From: Acidimicrobiales bacterium
Lineage (GTDB): Bacteria > Actinomycetota > Acidimicrobiia > Acidimicrobiales > Aldehydirespiratoraceae
Length of the DNA: 64,000 nt
Assembly: GCA_029246685.1 (NCBI GenBank)
Contig: JAQWMR010000004.1
Span: 84,841-148,840 of the forward strand
Reading direction: 5' to 3'
The notes beneath the pieces were generated by a model. The model did no database searches and was not told the origin of the DNA. It saw only the letters and a list, made by a program, of their open reading frames with translations. Every line of letters begins with the position of its first letter. Position 1 is the stretch's first letter. Positions 8,941 through 18,476 of this stretch are shown in pieces. The translations under genes and the position numbers were made by a program.

Positions 8941-10314
8941 ATGGCTGAGCTCATTGTCGCCGGCGCTGGGCCGACCGGGCTCATCCTCGCCTTGAATGCC
9001 GCCCAGGCCGGCCACCGCGTGACCATTCTCGAAGCGGCCGATTCTGTCGGCGGCATGGCCGGAAGCTTCGAGGTCGCCGGTCAGCGCGTCGACTACGGCT
9101 CGCACCGTCTCCACGGGCTTGCCGACCCGCAGCTTCTTGCGCAACTCCAGGATCTGCTCGGGACTGATTTGCAGGCACGCGAACGCAACGGACGGATCCT
9201 GCTTCGCAGGCGGTGGGTTGGCTTCCCGCTCCGTCCGCTCGACATGGTGCGGAGCCTTCCGCTTGGCTTCTCGAGCCGAGTAGCGAAGGACACACTCATG
9301 GGCCCATTTCGTTGGGCCGCGGGTGATTCATTCGACGACGCCGTGCGCTCGCAGCTGGGGCCGACCGTGGCGTCAGAGTTCTACGCGCCGTACGCCCGGA
9401 AGCTCTATGGCGTGGAGTCGACCGAATTGACCAATGAGTTGGCCGCTCGACGGGTCTCGGCCCGCTCGCCGCTCGCCATTGTAGCCAAGGCCCTGCGGGC
9501 CACTCGGTCGTCCGGACGCACCTTCTATTACCCGCGCTTGGGGTATGGCCAGATCTCCGAGCGGCTCGCTGAGGCCGCAGTTGAAGCGGGTGTTGCGATC
9601 GAACTCTCTTGTCGGGTCCGCCGCGTGACCTCAAGCGGGGGAGTGGAAGTGGAGGCGGGGAATCAACGGTTCCATGGCGACACGTTGTTCTCGACGATCC
9701 CCACCGCAGCACTGGCCGACGCGGTAAGCCCGGCGCCACCGTCGGTTGTCGCGAACAGTCTCGGCCGGCTGCGCACACGTGCCATGTGCCTCGTGTATCT
9801 GGCACTGGATCGTCCGCAGTTCACGGATTTCGATGCGCACTATTTCCCCGATGACCACATGGCGGTCGCGCGGCTTTCTGAACCGAAGAACTACCGCTCA
9901 GGCCCGGACCCTCAAGGTCACACCGTGTTGTGTGCCGAGCTTCCGTGTTGGGTGGGCGACGAAGTGTGGAACGGGTCCGACGAAGCGCTCGGGGAACGTG
10001 TGGCGCAAGAACTGCGCGACGCTGGACTACCTGACCCCGGTTCCTACGACGTCGTTTCGCGGCGACTCCCGTCGGTGTACCCGGTCTATGAGCGTTCGAC
10101 GGAGGCCGATCGTGTCGTGGTCGACGGTTGGCGAGATGCCGCGGGTCCCATTGTGTCGCTCGGCCGCCAGGGACTTGGCGTTCCTGACAATCTGCATCAT
10201 GTACTTGCGATGGGCCAACGGGCCGCAGCGGTGCTTGATCCTGGCGGGTCGTTCGATCCTGTTGGTTGGGCCGAAGCCCGTAGAGATTTCCGCGACCACG
10301 TAGTTGAAGACTGA
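8941..10314 (+). CDS. FAD-dependent oxidoreductase (amine-oxidase/protoporphyrinogen-oxidase fold, UDP-galactopyranose-mutase-like context)
   Basis: N-terminal dinucleotide motif IVAGAGPTGL...ILEAADSVGG; 457 aa; divergent from the epimerase gene. Confidence 0.8.
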   Translation: MAELIVAGAGPTGLILALNAAQAGHRVTILEAADSVGGMAGSFEVAGQRVDYGSHRLHGLADPQLLAQLQDLLGTDLQARERNGRILLRRRWVGFPLRPLDMVRSLPLGFSSRVAKDTLMGPFRWAAGDSFDDAVRSQLGPTVASEFYAPYARKLYGVESTELTNELAARRVSARSPLAIVAKALRATRSSGRTFYYPRLGYGQISERLAEAAVEAGVAIELSCRVRRVTSSGGVEVEAGNQRFHGDTLFSTIPTAALADAVSPAPPSVVANSLGRLRTRAMCLVYLALDRPQFTDFDAHYFPDDHMAVARLSEPKNYRSGPDPQGHTVLCAELPCWVGDEVWNGSDEALGERVAQELRDAGLPDPGSYDVVSRRLPSVYPVYERSTEADRVVVDGWRDAAGPIVSLGRQGLGVPDNLHHVLAMGQRAAAVLDPGGSFDPVGWAEARRDFRDHVVED

Positions 10315-10373
10315 TGGCGCTGCATCGGCTCGTTGCAACGTAAAGGGACAATGCATAGTGAGTTAGTTGCGCT

Positions 10374-10706
10374 TCATGTACCTCGTCGAGGAGAGTGCAC
10401 CGTGGACGGTTCCACCACAAGCAGCATGATCAGGATCGTTGACGTGGTGCCGAGGGCGAACGGTGGAACCTCGGTCGTGACCGCGGCAGGCATCTGGCGC
10501 GTCGACCAGACGGCCAACCCTGTCTTGGCGAGGAAATGGGCCGCGACGATTCGCCGGGTGAGCCGGTTAGAGATCAATTTGGCCTCTGGCGTTGCCGTCG
10601 TTTACGGGACTGGCGCGTCGGAGCTGCCGTCGCTATCGGAGCTACATCCGACAGCCACGCCGACTGCGAGGGTCACGATGGCCGCTGTGATTCGAAGTGA
10701 TGCCAT
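10374..10706 (-). pseudogene. Small lipoprotein gene interrupted by an in-frame TAA (or a 34-codon mini-lipoprotein ORF)
   Basis: MASLRITAAIVTLAVGVAVGCSSDSDGSSDAPVP then TAA (10604..10602); the same frame continues open for 75 more codons to TGA at 10376..10374. Confidence 0.35.
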
Positions 10707-10759
10707 GGGTCGCGACGCTAACGTCCGCCGAGTCCAGCTGTCGGGTCGTACGCTGCGAG

Positions 10760-11509
10760 CTAGACGATCACCGCAGAGCGCAGACGGTCGAGCGCTCCCG
10801 CGTCCAGGCCGTAGCCGTCGTGGAACAGGCCGTCCACGCCGCCCCATTGGTCGTTCACCACGGCGAGCTGGGCGCGGATGTAGTCCTCGTGCACTTCGAG
10901 GAAGGGTCGGATCAGATCCTTGAGCTCGCCGTCCTTGAACAGTGCGCGCGTTCCCCGCGCCTCGTTGCTCTGGAGGTAGTGGTGGACGATGACCTGCGTG
11001 GGCGCCCCCACGGCGAGCAGTACGGACGTGCCGACCCAGCCGGCCCGGTCCTTGCCGGCCGAGCAGTGCCAGATCACCGGCCAGTTGTCGGGTTCCGTCA
11101 CGATCGCCATCGCCTGGGCGAAGGAGGCCATGCGGTCGGTGTTGGCGACGAACTCGGCAGCGCCGTCGAGCGCGATCTGGTGTCCGCGGCCGTCGCCCAT
11201 CATCTCCCGCAACTCGTCGATGTCGCCGCGCATGATGATGGCGCGGAGGTCGTCGCCGCGGCCGGCATCGTCGAAGATCGGCACTCGGTGGTGGGTGACC
11301 CCAGGCGGCACCCGGTCGGAGCCTTCGCTCTCGATGTCGCCGTCGCTGCGGAGATCCACGATGGTGCGGATTCCGTGGTCGGCGAATCGAGCGGAGTCGG
11401 CGTCAGACATCGCGCCGAGGTGCCCGGACCGAAAGAGGCGGCCTGGTGCGACCGAGCCGTTGTCGGCCGGAAGGCCACCCAGCTCGCGGAAGTTGCTGAT
11501 CGAATCCAT
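10760..11509 (-). CDS. Protein-tyrosine phosphatase family protein (PF13350-like)
   Basis: NFRELGG near the N-terminus and active-site HCSAGKDRAG (CX5R). ATG 11509 avoids overlap with the upstream TauD gene (the track ORF extends to 11548). Confidence 0.85.
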   Translation of the reverse strand: MDSISNFRELGGLPADNGSVAPGRLFRSGHLGAMSDADSARFADHGIRTIVDLRSDGDIESEGSDRVPPGVTHHRVPIFDDAGRGDDLRAIIMRGDIDELREMMGDGRGHQIALDGAAEFVANTDRMASFAQAMAIVTEPDNWPVIWHCSAGKDRAGWVGTSVLLAVGAPTQVIVHHYLQSNEARGTRALFKDGELKDLIRPFLEVHEDYIRAQLAVVNDQWGGVDGLFHDGYGLDAGALDRLRSAVIV

Positions 11510-11525
11510 CGTCGGTGCGGGGCGG

Positions 11526-12374
11526 CTAGACGGCGTCGCGGCCGACACCGACGTACGTGTCGGCGGTGGCGAGTGCGGCGATGCGATGGACGACGCGGCG
11601 TTCGCTGGCGTCGTTCACGGCGTAGTGCTGCACGGCCTGCTGATCCCACATGAGCAGGTCGCCTTCCCTCCACGAGTGACGGAACGCGAACTCGGGCTTC
11701 TGCATGTGGCGCAGAAGCATGTCCAGCAGCATCTCGGCTTTGAGTCGGCCGACGCCGCGGATGAAGCGGGTGTAGACGGTGTTGACCGTCAGCCACTTCC
11801 GCCCGGTGACGGAGTGCTCCTTCACGACCGGGTGACTGTGGATCAAGCCCTTGCCGAGCGCATCGGAGACGAGAGGGCCGAGATCGTGGCCGCCCTGCCA
11901 CGCCAACTCATACAAGCTGCCGTAGTCGTGGACGGCCTCCAGGCCATCGAGCAGTTCCTGGAACTTCGGCGAGAGGCCTTCGTAGGCGAGCGCGGTGCTC
12001 ACGAATGCGGTGTCGCCGCCGGTGGGTGGGATCTGCTTGCCGTAGAGGAGGTTCACCAGCGGTGGGTTCTCGAGGAAGGTCTCGTCGGCGTGCCACATGC
12101 TGGCGGTGTGGCCTTCCTCGGAGTCGATCACGGTGATCTCGGGGACGGTCGGGTGGTCGCCGAACTGGTCGGTCTTGTTCTCTTCGAGGCCGCCGAACCG
12201 GCGAGCAAGCCGCAGATGCTGCTCCGGCGTCATGTCGGCCGCCTCGATCGTCACGACCTGGTGGGCGAACAGCGCCTCGGCGATGGCATCGATCATGGCG
12301 TCGTCGAGTCCGGCCGCGAAGTCGAGGCCCTCGATGCGGGCGCCGATATTTGTGCCGATCTTTCGAACCTGCAT
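11526..12374 (-). CDS. TauD/TfdA-family Fe(II)/2-oxoglutarate dioxygenase
   Basis: 282 aa; WHADETF (HxD iron ligands), GGDTAFVS, and typical TauD N-terminus IGARIEGLDF. Confidence 0.9.
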   Translation of the reverse strand: MQVRKIGTNIGARIEGLDFAAGLDDAMIDAIAEALFAHQVVTIEAADMTPEQHLRLARRFGGLEENKTDQFGDHPTVPEITVIDSEEGHTASMWHADETFLENPPLVNLLYGKQIPPTGGDTAFVSTALAYEGLSPKFQELLDGLEAVHDYGSLYELAWQGGHDLGPLVSDALGKGLIHSHPVVKEHSVTGRKWLTVNTVYTRFIRGVGRLKAEMLLDMLLRHMQKPEFAFRHSWREGDLLMWDQQAVQHYAVNDASERRVVHRIAALATADTYVGVGRDAV

Positions 12375-12447
12375 CGAGACTCCTCCGTCTGTCGCAGAGA
12401 GTCTCGCGGCTCCGGCCGTCCCCAGCCAGATTGGCGACGGGTCCGTT

Positions 12448-12960
12448 TCAGATCCCGGACGGATGGATCTCGGCGTACTCGGGCCGGAGTTCGTGGAACA
12501 GGTTCCAGAAGTCGGGTAGCGGCTGCTCGTCCAGCTGCGCTGACAGCCAATCGAGGTGGGCTTGCCATCCAGCGGCGTGGTCGAGGACAGTCGTGCCGCT
12601 CGGGTTGCGACTATGGGTCAATGTGAGGGTCGTGCTGCCGGCCGCCTCGGTGAGCTTGAATCGAACCGTGGAGTGCGGGGGCTCATGGCCGGTGGTCCTG
12701 GTGTACTCGAGCACCGACGGGGGAGTGAGCTCGGTGATCGTTCCGGGCGGACCCATACCTTCCTCGTTGAAGCCGATCGCCCCGCCGACCCGCAGCTCGA
12801 GAACTGATGTCTCCATCAGCCAGACCGCGAGTTGATCGGGCTCGGTGAGCGCGGCCCACACGACGTCGATCGGGTGGCGAAGCTCGCGCCGGAGGATGAC
12901 GTCGTCTCCCGAGTCGGTCGCGTTGATGGTGCCGAGGTCTGATCGCATTCGTTCCTTCAT
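12448..12960 (-). CDS. SRPBCC/AHSA1-domain protein (Aha1-like)
   Basis: ATG 12960 overlaps the ArsR stop (ATGA); has the LRRELRHPIDVVWAALTEPDQLAVW motif of the AHSA1/SRPBCC family; a classic ArsR partner. Confidence 0.8.
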   Translation of the reverse strand: MKERMRSDLGTINATDSGDDVILRRELRHPIDVVWAALTEPDQLAVWLMETSVLELRVGGAIGFNEEGMGPPGTITELTPPSVLEYTRTTGHEPPHSTVRFKLTEAAGSTTLTLTHSRNPSGTTVLDHAAGWQAHLDWLSAQLDEQPLPDFWNLFHELRPEYAEIHPSGI

Positions 12961-13262
12961 GGGTTGGTCTGGTCGAGGTGGGCTTCGAGGGCGTCGAGGT
13001 TCGCGGACCACGTCGCAGTGGTCGTCGCGATCCACTGCTCCGCCTCGCTGAGTGGCCCCGGATCCAGTCGGTAGAGCCGCTGCGTGCCGGCTTGGCGGAC
13101 CGACACGAGGCCCGCATCGCGCAGGACTCGGAGGTGCTTCGACACGGCGGGGCCTGACATATCGAAGTTCTCGGCGAGCCAACCGGCCGGTTGCTCTTGG
13201 CCGGCCACCAGCTCGAGGATGCGACGGCGAGTCGGGTCGGCGAGTACCTCGAAGACGGTCAC
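12957..13262 (-). CDS. ArsR/SmtB-family transcriptional regulator
   Basis: LADPTRRRILELV...MSGPAVSKHLRVLRDAGLV winged-HTH; GTG start at 13262. Confidence 0.9.
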   Translation of the reverse strand: MTVFEVLADPTRRRILELVAGQEQPAGWLAENFDMSGPAVSKHLRVLRDAGLVSVRQAGTQRLYRLDPGPLSEAEQWIATTTATWSANLDALEAHLDQTNP

Positions 13263-13313
13263 GTGACCGAATATAACTTTAAAGCTATCTAACTACCAAG
13301 TTAAGGAGATGTC
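13263..13313. promoter_or_regulatory. AT-rich promoter/operator region upstream of the ArsR-SRPBCC operon
   Basis: A locally AT-rich 51 nt in a GC-rich background; inverted repeat TAACTT (13274-13279) / AAGTTA (13298-13303). Confidence 0.35.
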
Positions 13314-14027
13314 TCAGTCGCCTTTGGCGACCGGGACCTCGGTGCCCGCTTCGGCCGCACGGCCGAGCACCTTCAGATAGCCCTCGTATGCGGCGATGAG
13401 CTCGCCCTCGTCAGGACTCGTCGCGACGACGTGCGGGTCGGCGACGAGCGTGTCTCGCCAGGCCCGCACCCTGCCGAGATGCTCGGGCACGTCGATCCCG
13501 TAGAAGTGTCGAAGGCCGCAGAACCGGACCCACATCGGGGCCGCGGTCGCATCGACGACGCCGATGGACTCACCGTGCCAGTAGCCGTCGGTGTAGCCCC
13601 GCGCTTCGAGGCGGCGCTCCATCTCGGTGAGATGATCGACGAGCGCCTCGGTGAGTGCATCGTCGCGCTCGGGGCGGACATTCATCAGGCGGCGTTCGTA
13701 CGCCGGGCACGGGCCGTCGTTCCACCATTCGATCCACAGTCTCGTGGCGGCTCGTTCGTCCGGGTCCGTCGGGAACAGCGGGGGATCCGGCCAGCGTTCG
13801 TCGATCCACTCGTTGATCACGTGCGACTGGTGGATCTCGAGGTCGTCCCATTCGAGGAGCGGAACGGACCCGCCCGACGACTTGGTCATGTACCAATCAG
13901 GCCGGTTGACGAGGTCGATGTCGACCGTGTCGATCTCGATGCCCTTCGCGGCAAACGCGATCTCGCTTCGATGACAGAAGTTGCATGTGATCGCGCGATA
14001 CAGGGTGGGACGGGTGGTGGCCTCCAT
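13314..14027 (-). CDS. Glutathione S-transferase family protein
   Basis: Thioredoxin-like N-domain (LYRAITCNFCHRSE, SVPLLE) followed by a helical C-domain; 237 aa. Confidence 0.8.
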   Translation of the reverse strand: MEATTRPTLYRAITCNFCHRSEIAFAAKGIEIDTVDIDLVNRPDWYMTKSSGGSVPLLEWDDLEIHQSHVINEWIDERWPDPPLFPTDPDERAATRLWIEWWNDGPCPAYERRLMNVRPERDDALTEALVDHLTEMERRLEARGYTDGYWHGESIGVVDATAAPMWVRFCGLRHFYGIDVPEHLGRVRAWRDTLVADPHVVATSPDEGELIAAYEGYLKVLGRAAEAGTEVPVAKGD

Positions 14028-14428
14028 GGAGCGACGGTAACACCCGCCGTTCCTCTCCTCCCAAGGCTCAGGGCGTGGATCGGCGCGGCGGCGTCCGTTT
14101 CGCCGGCCATCGTCTGCACGAGACGCTCGATGTCGTCGAATCCTGCGGTCTGGCGCGGGAGGTCGAGGCCGGGGGACCGGACGTGATGACGCAGCGAGAG
14201 GTCGCGGAGCTGGCGTTCGACGTCGTCGGCAATTAGCCGAAGATCCGGGTCATCCCGCTCTGGGCCGCTGGTGGTCTGGTGAAGGTCGTTCGGATGCTGT
14301 CGAAGCAGTTCGGCGATCTTGCCGAGTTCATCGTCGTCGCCGGGGAAGTGGACGGCGTGGGCCCGCCGCTCGGGACCACGACGCTGCGCAGCTACTTCGA
14401 GCGGCTCGCGGCCGACGATCCCGACGCC

Positions 14429-14683
14429 TCATCGCACGCGACGGCTGATGGCTACCGCTCCAAGGAGTCCGACGACAACGGTCGTGACTGCGATCACCAC
14501 GCCACGCTGCAGGAACGCAGCGATCGCGGCGCCGCCCAGAACGACGACGGCAACGACCTCTGCGCCACAGATGACGGCGACGAGGCCCGCCCAGATCGCG
14601 GCGCGGCGCGAGCGCTTGCGTTGCGGTTCGTCGGGCGGACGCGAGGACGGAGCTTCGTGAGCGGTGGGGGTGTGGCTGGTCAT
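14429..14683 (-). CDS. Small membrane protein, two predicted TM helices
   Basis: MTSHTPTAHEAPSSRPPDEPQRKRSRR then AAIWAGLVAVICGAEVVAVVVLGGAAIAAF and GVVIAVTTVVVGLLGAVAI; stop TGA 14431..14429. See the finding on the open frame beyond this stop. Confidence 0.55.
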   Translation of the reverse strand: MTSHTPTAHEAPSSRPPDEPQRKRSRRAAIWAGLVAVICGAEVVAVVVLGGAAIAAFLQRGVVIAVTTVVVGLLGAVAISRRVR

Positions 14684-14762
14684 GCGTCGACCGTACGAAC
14701 TCAACCGCGGTCGAGGTCAAGGGGTCGTCACGGGCTGCCCGCGTAGGACTACCGTCCCGGAC

Positions 14763-15488
14763 ATGACCTCCGAGACGATCATCGACGCCGAGACGGCCGA
14801 CGGCACGATGGCCGTCGTTCGAAAGACTGCCGAAGGAGGTTCGGACCGCCGGGTCATGATTCTGATGGACGCGCCCGGCATCCGGCCGTCGCTGCACGAT
14901 TTCGCGGCACAACTCGCGGGTGAAGGGTACGACGTCGCCATCCCCGACCTCTGGCACCGGCACGGCCGCCTGATCGGCTACGAGCCGGCCGACATCGCGG
15001 CGGATCCGAGCCGGCGAGGTCACATCGGCGAGATGCTCGGCACGCTGACGGACGAAGGCACGTCAATGGATCGCGACGCCGCGCTTGGCGCACTGGGATG
15101 GGACGACGGACTCGTCGGTGCGATCGGGTTCTGCATGGGCGCCCGCGGCGTGCACGTGGCGATGACCGCCTACCCCGACCGGTTCGTCGCCGGCGCGATG
15201 TGGCACCCGTCCTTCCTCACCGACGACACCGAGGTGTCGCCCCACCTGACAGCGCCAGATCTCACGGGCGAGCTCTACATCGGGATCGGCACCGCCGACC
15301 AGGTGCAGTCGATCGAGATGCATCAGCGCTACCTCGACGCCGTGGAGCCGATGGCGACGGTCAACGTGAACGTCATCGACGGCGCCGACCACGGGTTCAC
15401 GTGGCCGATCTCGCCGAACTACCACGACGCCGGCGCGACGCAGAGCTGGGGCGCGACGCTCGACCTCTTCGCTCGCCGCCTGGGCTGA
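14763..15488 (+). CDS. Dienelactone hydrolase family protein
   Basis: Nucleophile motif GFCMGARG; C-terminal DHGF; about 240 aa from ATG 14763. Confidence 0.8.
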   Translation: MTSETIIDAETADGTMAVVRKTAEGGSDRRVMILMDAPGIRPSLHDFAAQLAGEGYDVAIPDLWHRHGRLIGYEPADIAADPSRRGHIGEMLGTLTDEGTSMDRDAALGALGWDDGLVGAIGFCMGARGVHVAMTAYPDRFVAGAMWHPSFLTDDTEVSPHLTAPDLTGELYIGIGTADQVQSIEMHQRYLDAVEPMATVNVNVIDGADHGFTWPISPNYHDAGATQSWGATLDLFARRLG

Positions 15489-15490
15489 GT

Positions 15491-16466
15491 TCAGCCGTCG
15501 GTGGACGGTGGCGTCGCCCGGACCTGCCAACCCTCCCGGAGCACTTCGGTGCTGTCGGCGGTGATCAGACGTGTGATGTGACGACCATGGTCGGTCAGCC
15601 CCAGGAGGTGGTCGTACGAGATGCTCGACAGGATCGGCTCGCGGAACCAGGGCGCGTAGAACTCGATGTTGGGCAGCGGCCGCGGCTCGTCGGTGAGGTT
15701 CGGCGTGCCCCTGTGCCAGGCTCGAACGTCGCGGATCAGCGCCGCGCCGGCAGGCGCGGCGCAGACCGTGCTCAAGCGCATCCACTCCGGTTCGTCTTCG
15801 AGGCCCGGGAAGGGCGCGCGGCTGTTCTGCGTTCCGGGGATCTGACGCGTCGGTCCACTGAGCGCCGTCATGTCGACGACGAAGAAGTTCGTGGTGATGT
15901 ACGGCGTCGGTAGTTCTCGGGTGGTGATCGCTCCGCTCGGGTCGACATAGGAGGAGAACGGCGTGCGCTCGCCGCGGCGGTCCCCGACATCGGAGTGGAG
16001 CGGCTGGTAGTCGACGGCACCGGGTAGGCAGAAGTCGCCACCGGCGGCGCGCACCATGTAGTCGGTCGACCCGAACAGCGCCGTCATGATCGGCGTGAGC
16101 GGAGGCAGGTCGACGAGCATCTGCCACTCCGGCAAGTGCAGAAGCGAACGGGTGACGCTGGACCCCCCCGAACGAGTATCGGTGCGAGCCGCGGTTGCCG
16201 GTCCGAGCTTCGTCGTGGAGGGCGACGATCTCGTCGATCGCGCGGAAACTCGCCTCACCGAGGCGATCCTGCTGGCCGCGATCGAGCACGTTGGCCACGA
16301 GCACGAACCCGTCCCGACGAAAGAGCCGCACCGCGCGCTCGATGTCGCCGGGCTCGACCATCTCGAGATCCCGAATGCCGTTCTCGGCCACGAGACGCTC
16401 ACGAAGCGCGACGACTTCGGGGTCATCGCGGGCTGCGCCGCGCCAGCCGAGGTTCGTTGCCGCCAC
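15491..16466 (-). pseudogene. Phytanoyl-CoA dioxygenase (PhyH)-family gene split by a frameshift in a C7/G7 homopolymer
   Basis: The N-terminal part ([14 protein letters not shown]...[12 protein letters not shown]) is in the frame of track ORF 15063..16904. The C-terminal part ([14 protein letters not shown]...PLHSD...AWHRGTPN) is in the frame of ORF 15491..16504. The junction is the C7 run at 16163-16169. Start is uncertain (GTG 16466 or ATG 16361). Confidence 0.8.
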
Positions 16467-16529
16467 GGCGGCGACGCTAGCAGTGCGGCTACGTTGCCCC
16501 GCATGGCTCAACCAGCAGTGAATTCGGAG

Positions 16530-17495
16530 ATGGAGTATCGACGCCTCGGCGCGACGGGACTGAAGGTGAGCGTGCTGTCGTTCGGCAGTTGGGTCACGTT
16601 CGACACGCAGCTCGACGACTCCCTCGCCATCGACTGCATGGCTGCGGCCGGCGACGCCGGCTGCAACTTCTTCGACAATGCCGAGGCCTACGCGGGCGGC
16701 GAGTCCGAGGCGATCATGGGCCGCGCGTTTCAGGAGTTGGGATGGCCCCGCTGGTCCTACGTTCTGACCACAAAGGTCTTCTTCGGCATTCACACCGGCG
16801 TTCCCAACATGGGGATGACGCTCAACCGCAAGTACCTGCTTCAGGCGATCGACGGATGCCTCGAGCGGCTCCAGACCGACTTCATCGACGTCCTCTACTG
16901 CCATCGCTACGACCGCGACACACCGATGGAAGAGGTCGTGTGGGCGATGAGCGACATCGTCTCGTCAGGCAAGGCGACTTACTGGGGCACGAGCGAGTGG
17001 TCAGCAGCGGAGATCCGTGAAGCGATAGAGATCGCCGAGCGGCACCACCTCCACAAGCCCGTCACCGAGCAGAGCCAGTACAACCTGATCCAGCGATCGA
17101 GGGTGGACGAGGAGTATGCCGACCTCACTGCAGAAACCGGTTACGGCAACACCATCTGGAGCCCTCTGGCGTCCGGTCTCCTCACCGGCAAATACCGCGA
17201 CGGCATTCCCGAGGACTCGCGGCTCGCACTCGACGGGTATGGCTGGCTGGCGAAGAGTCTCAACGACGAAGAGGTCATCGCTCGCATCGAACGCCTCCGT
17301 CCGATTGCTGACCGGCTCGACTGCACGATGGCCCAGCTCGCGCTCGCATGGTGCACCACCAACCCGGCGGTCTCGACGGTCATCACTGGAGCTTCGAAAG
17401 TGGAGCAGGTCGTGCAGAACTTCGAGACGCTTGCGGTCATCCCGGAGCTCACCGACGAGGTGAGAAGCGAGATGGAGGCAGCTGTCGCGGAGTAG
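16530..17495 (+). CDS. Aldo/keto reductase (Kv-beta-subunit-like)
   Basis: [42 protein letters not shown]; the alternative ATG is 16503. Confidence 0.9.
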   Translation: MEYRRLGATGLKVSVLSFGSWVTFDTQLDDSLAIDCMAAAGDAGCNFFDNAEAYAGGESEAIMGRAFQELGWPRWSYVLTTKVFFGIHTGVPNMGMTLNRKYLLQAIDGCLERLQTDFIDVLYCHRYDRDTPMEEVVWAMSDIVSSGKATYWGTSEWSAAEIREAIEIAERHHLHKPVTEQSQYNLIQRSRVDEEYADLTAETGYGNTIWSPLASGLLTGKYRDGIPEDSRLALDGYGWLAKSLNDEEVIARIERLRPIADRLDCTMAQLALAWCTTNPAVSTVITGASKVEQVVQNFETLAVIPELTDEVRSEMEAAVAE

Positions 17496-17539
17496 GAAGT
17501 GAGGGCTATCGTCGCCCGGTCTGTCAACGGAGGACCAAG

Positions 17540-18475
17540 ATGACGAAGCTTCTCGAGGGCAAGGTGGCCCTGATCACCGGCGCCGGTCGCGGCATCGGCC
17601 GCGAGCACGCCCTGATGATGGCCGAGCAAGGAGCCAAGATCGTCGTGAACGATCTTGGTGGTGACGCGGCCGGCGGCGGTGAGGACCTCACGCCCGCCCA
17701 GGATGTCGTGGCCGAGATCGAGGCAATGGGCGGCGACGCCGTCGTCAACGGTGGCAACGTGGCGATCTTCGACGACGCCAAGGCGATGATCGACCAGGCG
17801 CTCGACTCGTTCGGCGATCTCAACATCGTGGTGAATAACGCGGGCATTCTCCGGGACCGCATGCTCTTCTCGATGAGCGAGGAGGACTGGGACTCGATCA
17901 TGGCGGTCCACCTGAAGGGCACGTTCGGTCCTGCGCACCACGCGTCGAGCTACTGGCGGGCGAAGGCCAAAGCGGGCGACGAGGTCTACGGCCGCATTAT
18001 CAACACCGCGTCGCCGTCGGGCATCTACGGCAACATCGGCCAGACCAACTACGGCGCCGCGAAGGCCGGCATCGCCGCCTTCTCGATCATCGCCGCGCAG
18101 GAACTCATCAAGTACGGCGTGACGGTGAACTGCATCGCCCCGGGCGCCATCTCCCGCATGACCGCGGCGCTCTCCGGCGGCATGGACGCGATCCCCGAGG
18201 AGCGCCTGGAGGCCATGTCGCCGCGCTGGATCGCCCTCATCGTGACGTGGCTCGCCAGCCCGGAGGCCGCGAACGTGACCGGCCGCGTGTTCGACGTGCG
18301 AGGCGAGAATCTCGCCATCGTCGAGGGCTGGCACATCGGCCCGGGTGCGAAGCAGCCTGATGACCCCACCCAACTCGGCCCGGTCGTGGCCGAGCTGATG
18401 GCGCAGGCCCGCGGCAACGCCGACATGAGCGGCAACGACGCGTACGGAGCCGGCTTCCCCCAGAAGGAGATCTGA
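17540..18475 (+). CDS. SDR-family oxidoreductase
   Basis: GGAGGA RBS; ITGAGRGIG, NNAG, YGAAK. Confidence 0.9.
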   Translation: MTKLLEGKVALITGAGRGIGREHALMMAEQGAKIVVNDLGGDAAGGGEDLTPAQDVVAEIEAMGGDAVVNGGNVAIFDDAKAMIDQALDSFGDLNIVVNNAGILRDRMLFSMSEEDWDSIMAVHLKGTFGPAHHASSYWRAKAKAGDEVYGRIINTASPSGIYGNIGQTNYGAAKAGIAAFSIIAAQELIKYGVTVNCIAPGAISRMTAALSGGMDAIPEERLEAMSPRWIALIVTWLASPEAANVTGRVFDVRGENLAIVEGWHIGPGAKQPDDPTQLGPVVAELMAQARGNADMSGNDAYGAGFPQKEI

Positions 18476-18476
18476 G

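Noticed and set aside
10333-10923. Plus-strand 196-aa ORF in the 10.3-10.9 kb region
   Set aside because: Its C-terminal third overlaps the phosphatase gene and reads as Arg-rich junk. It is antisense to a canonical lipoprotein signal sequence. The ambiguity is noted in the corresponding finding.
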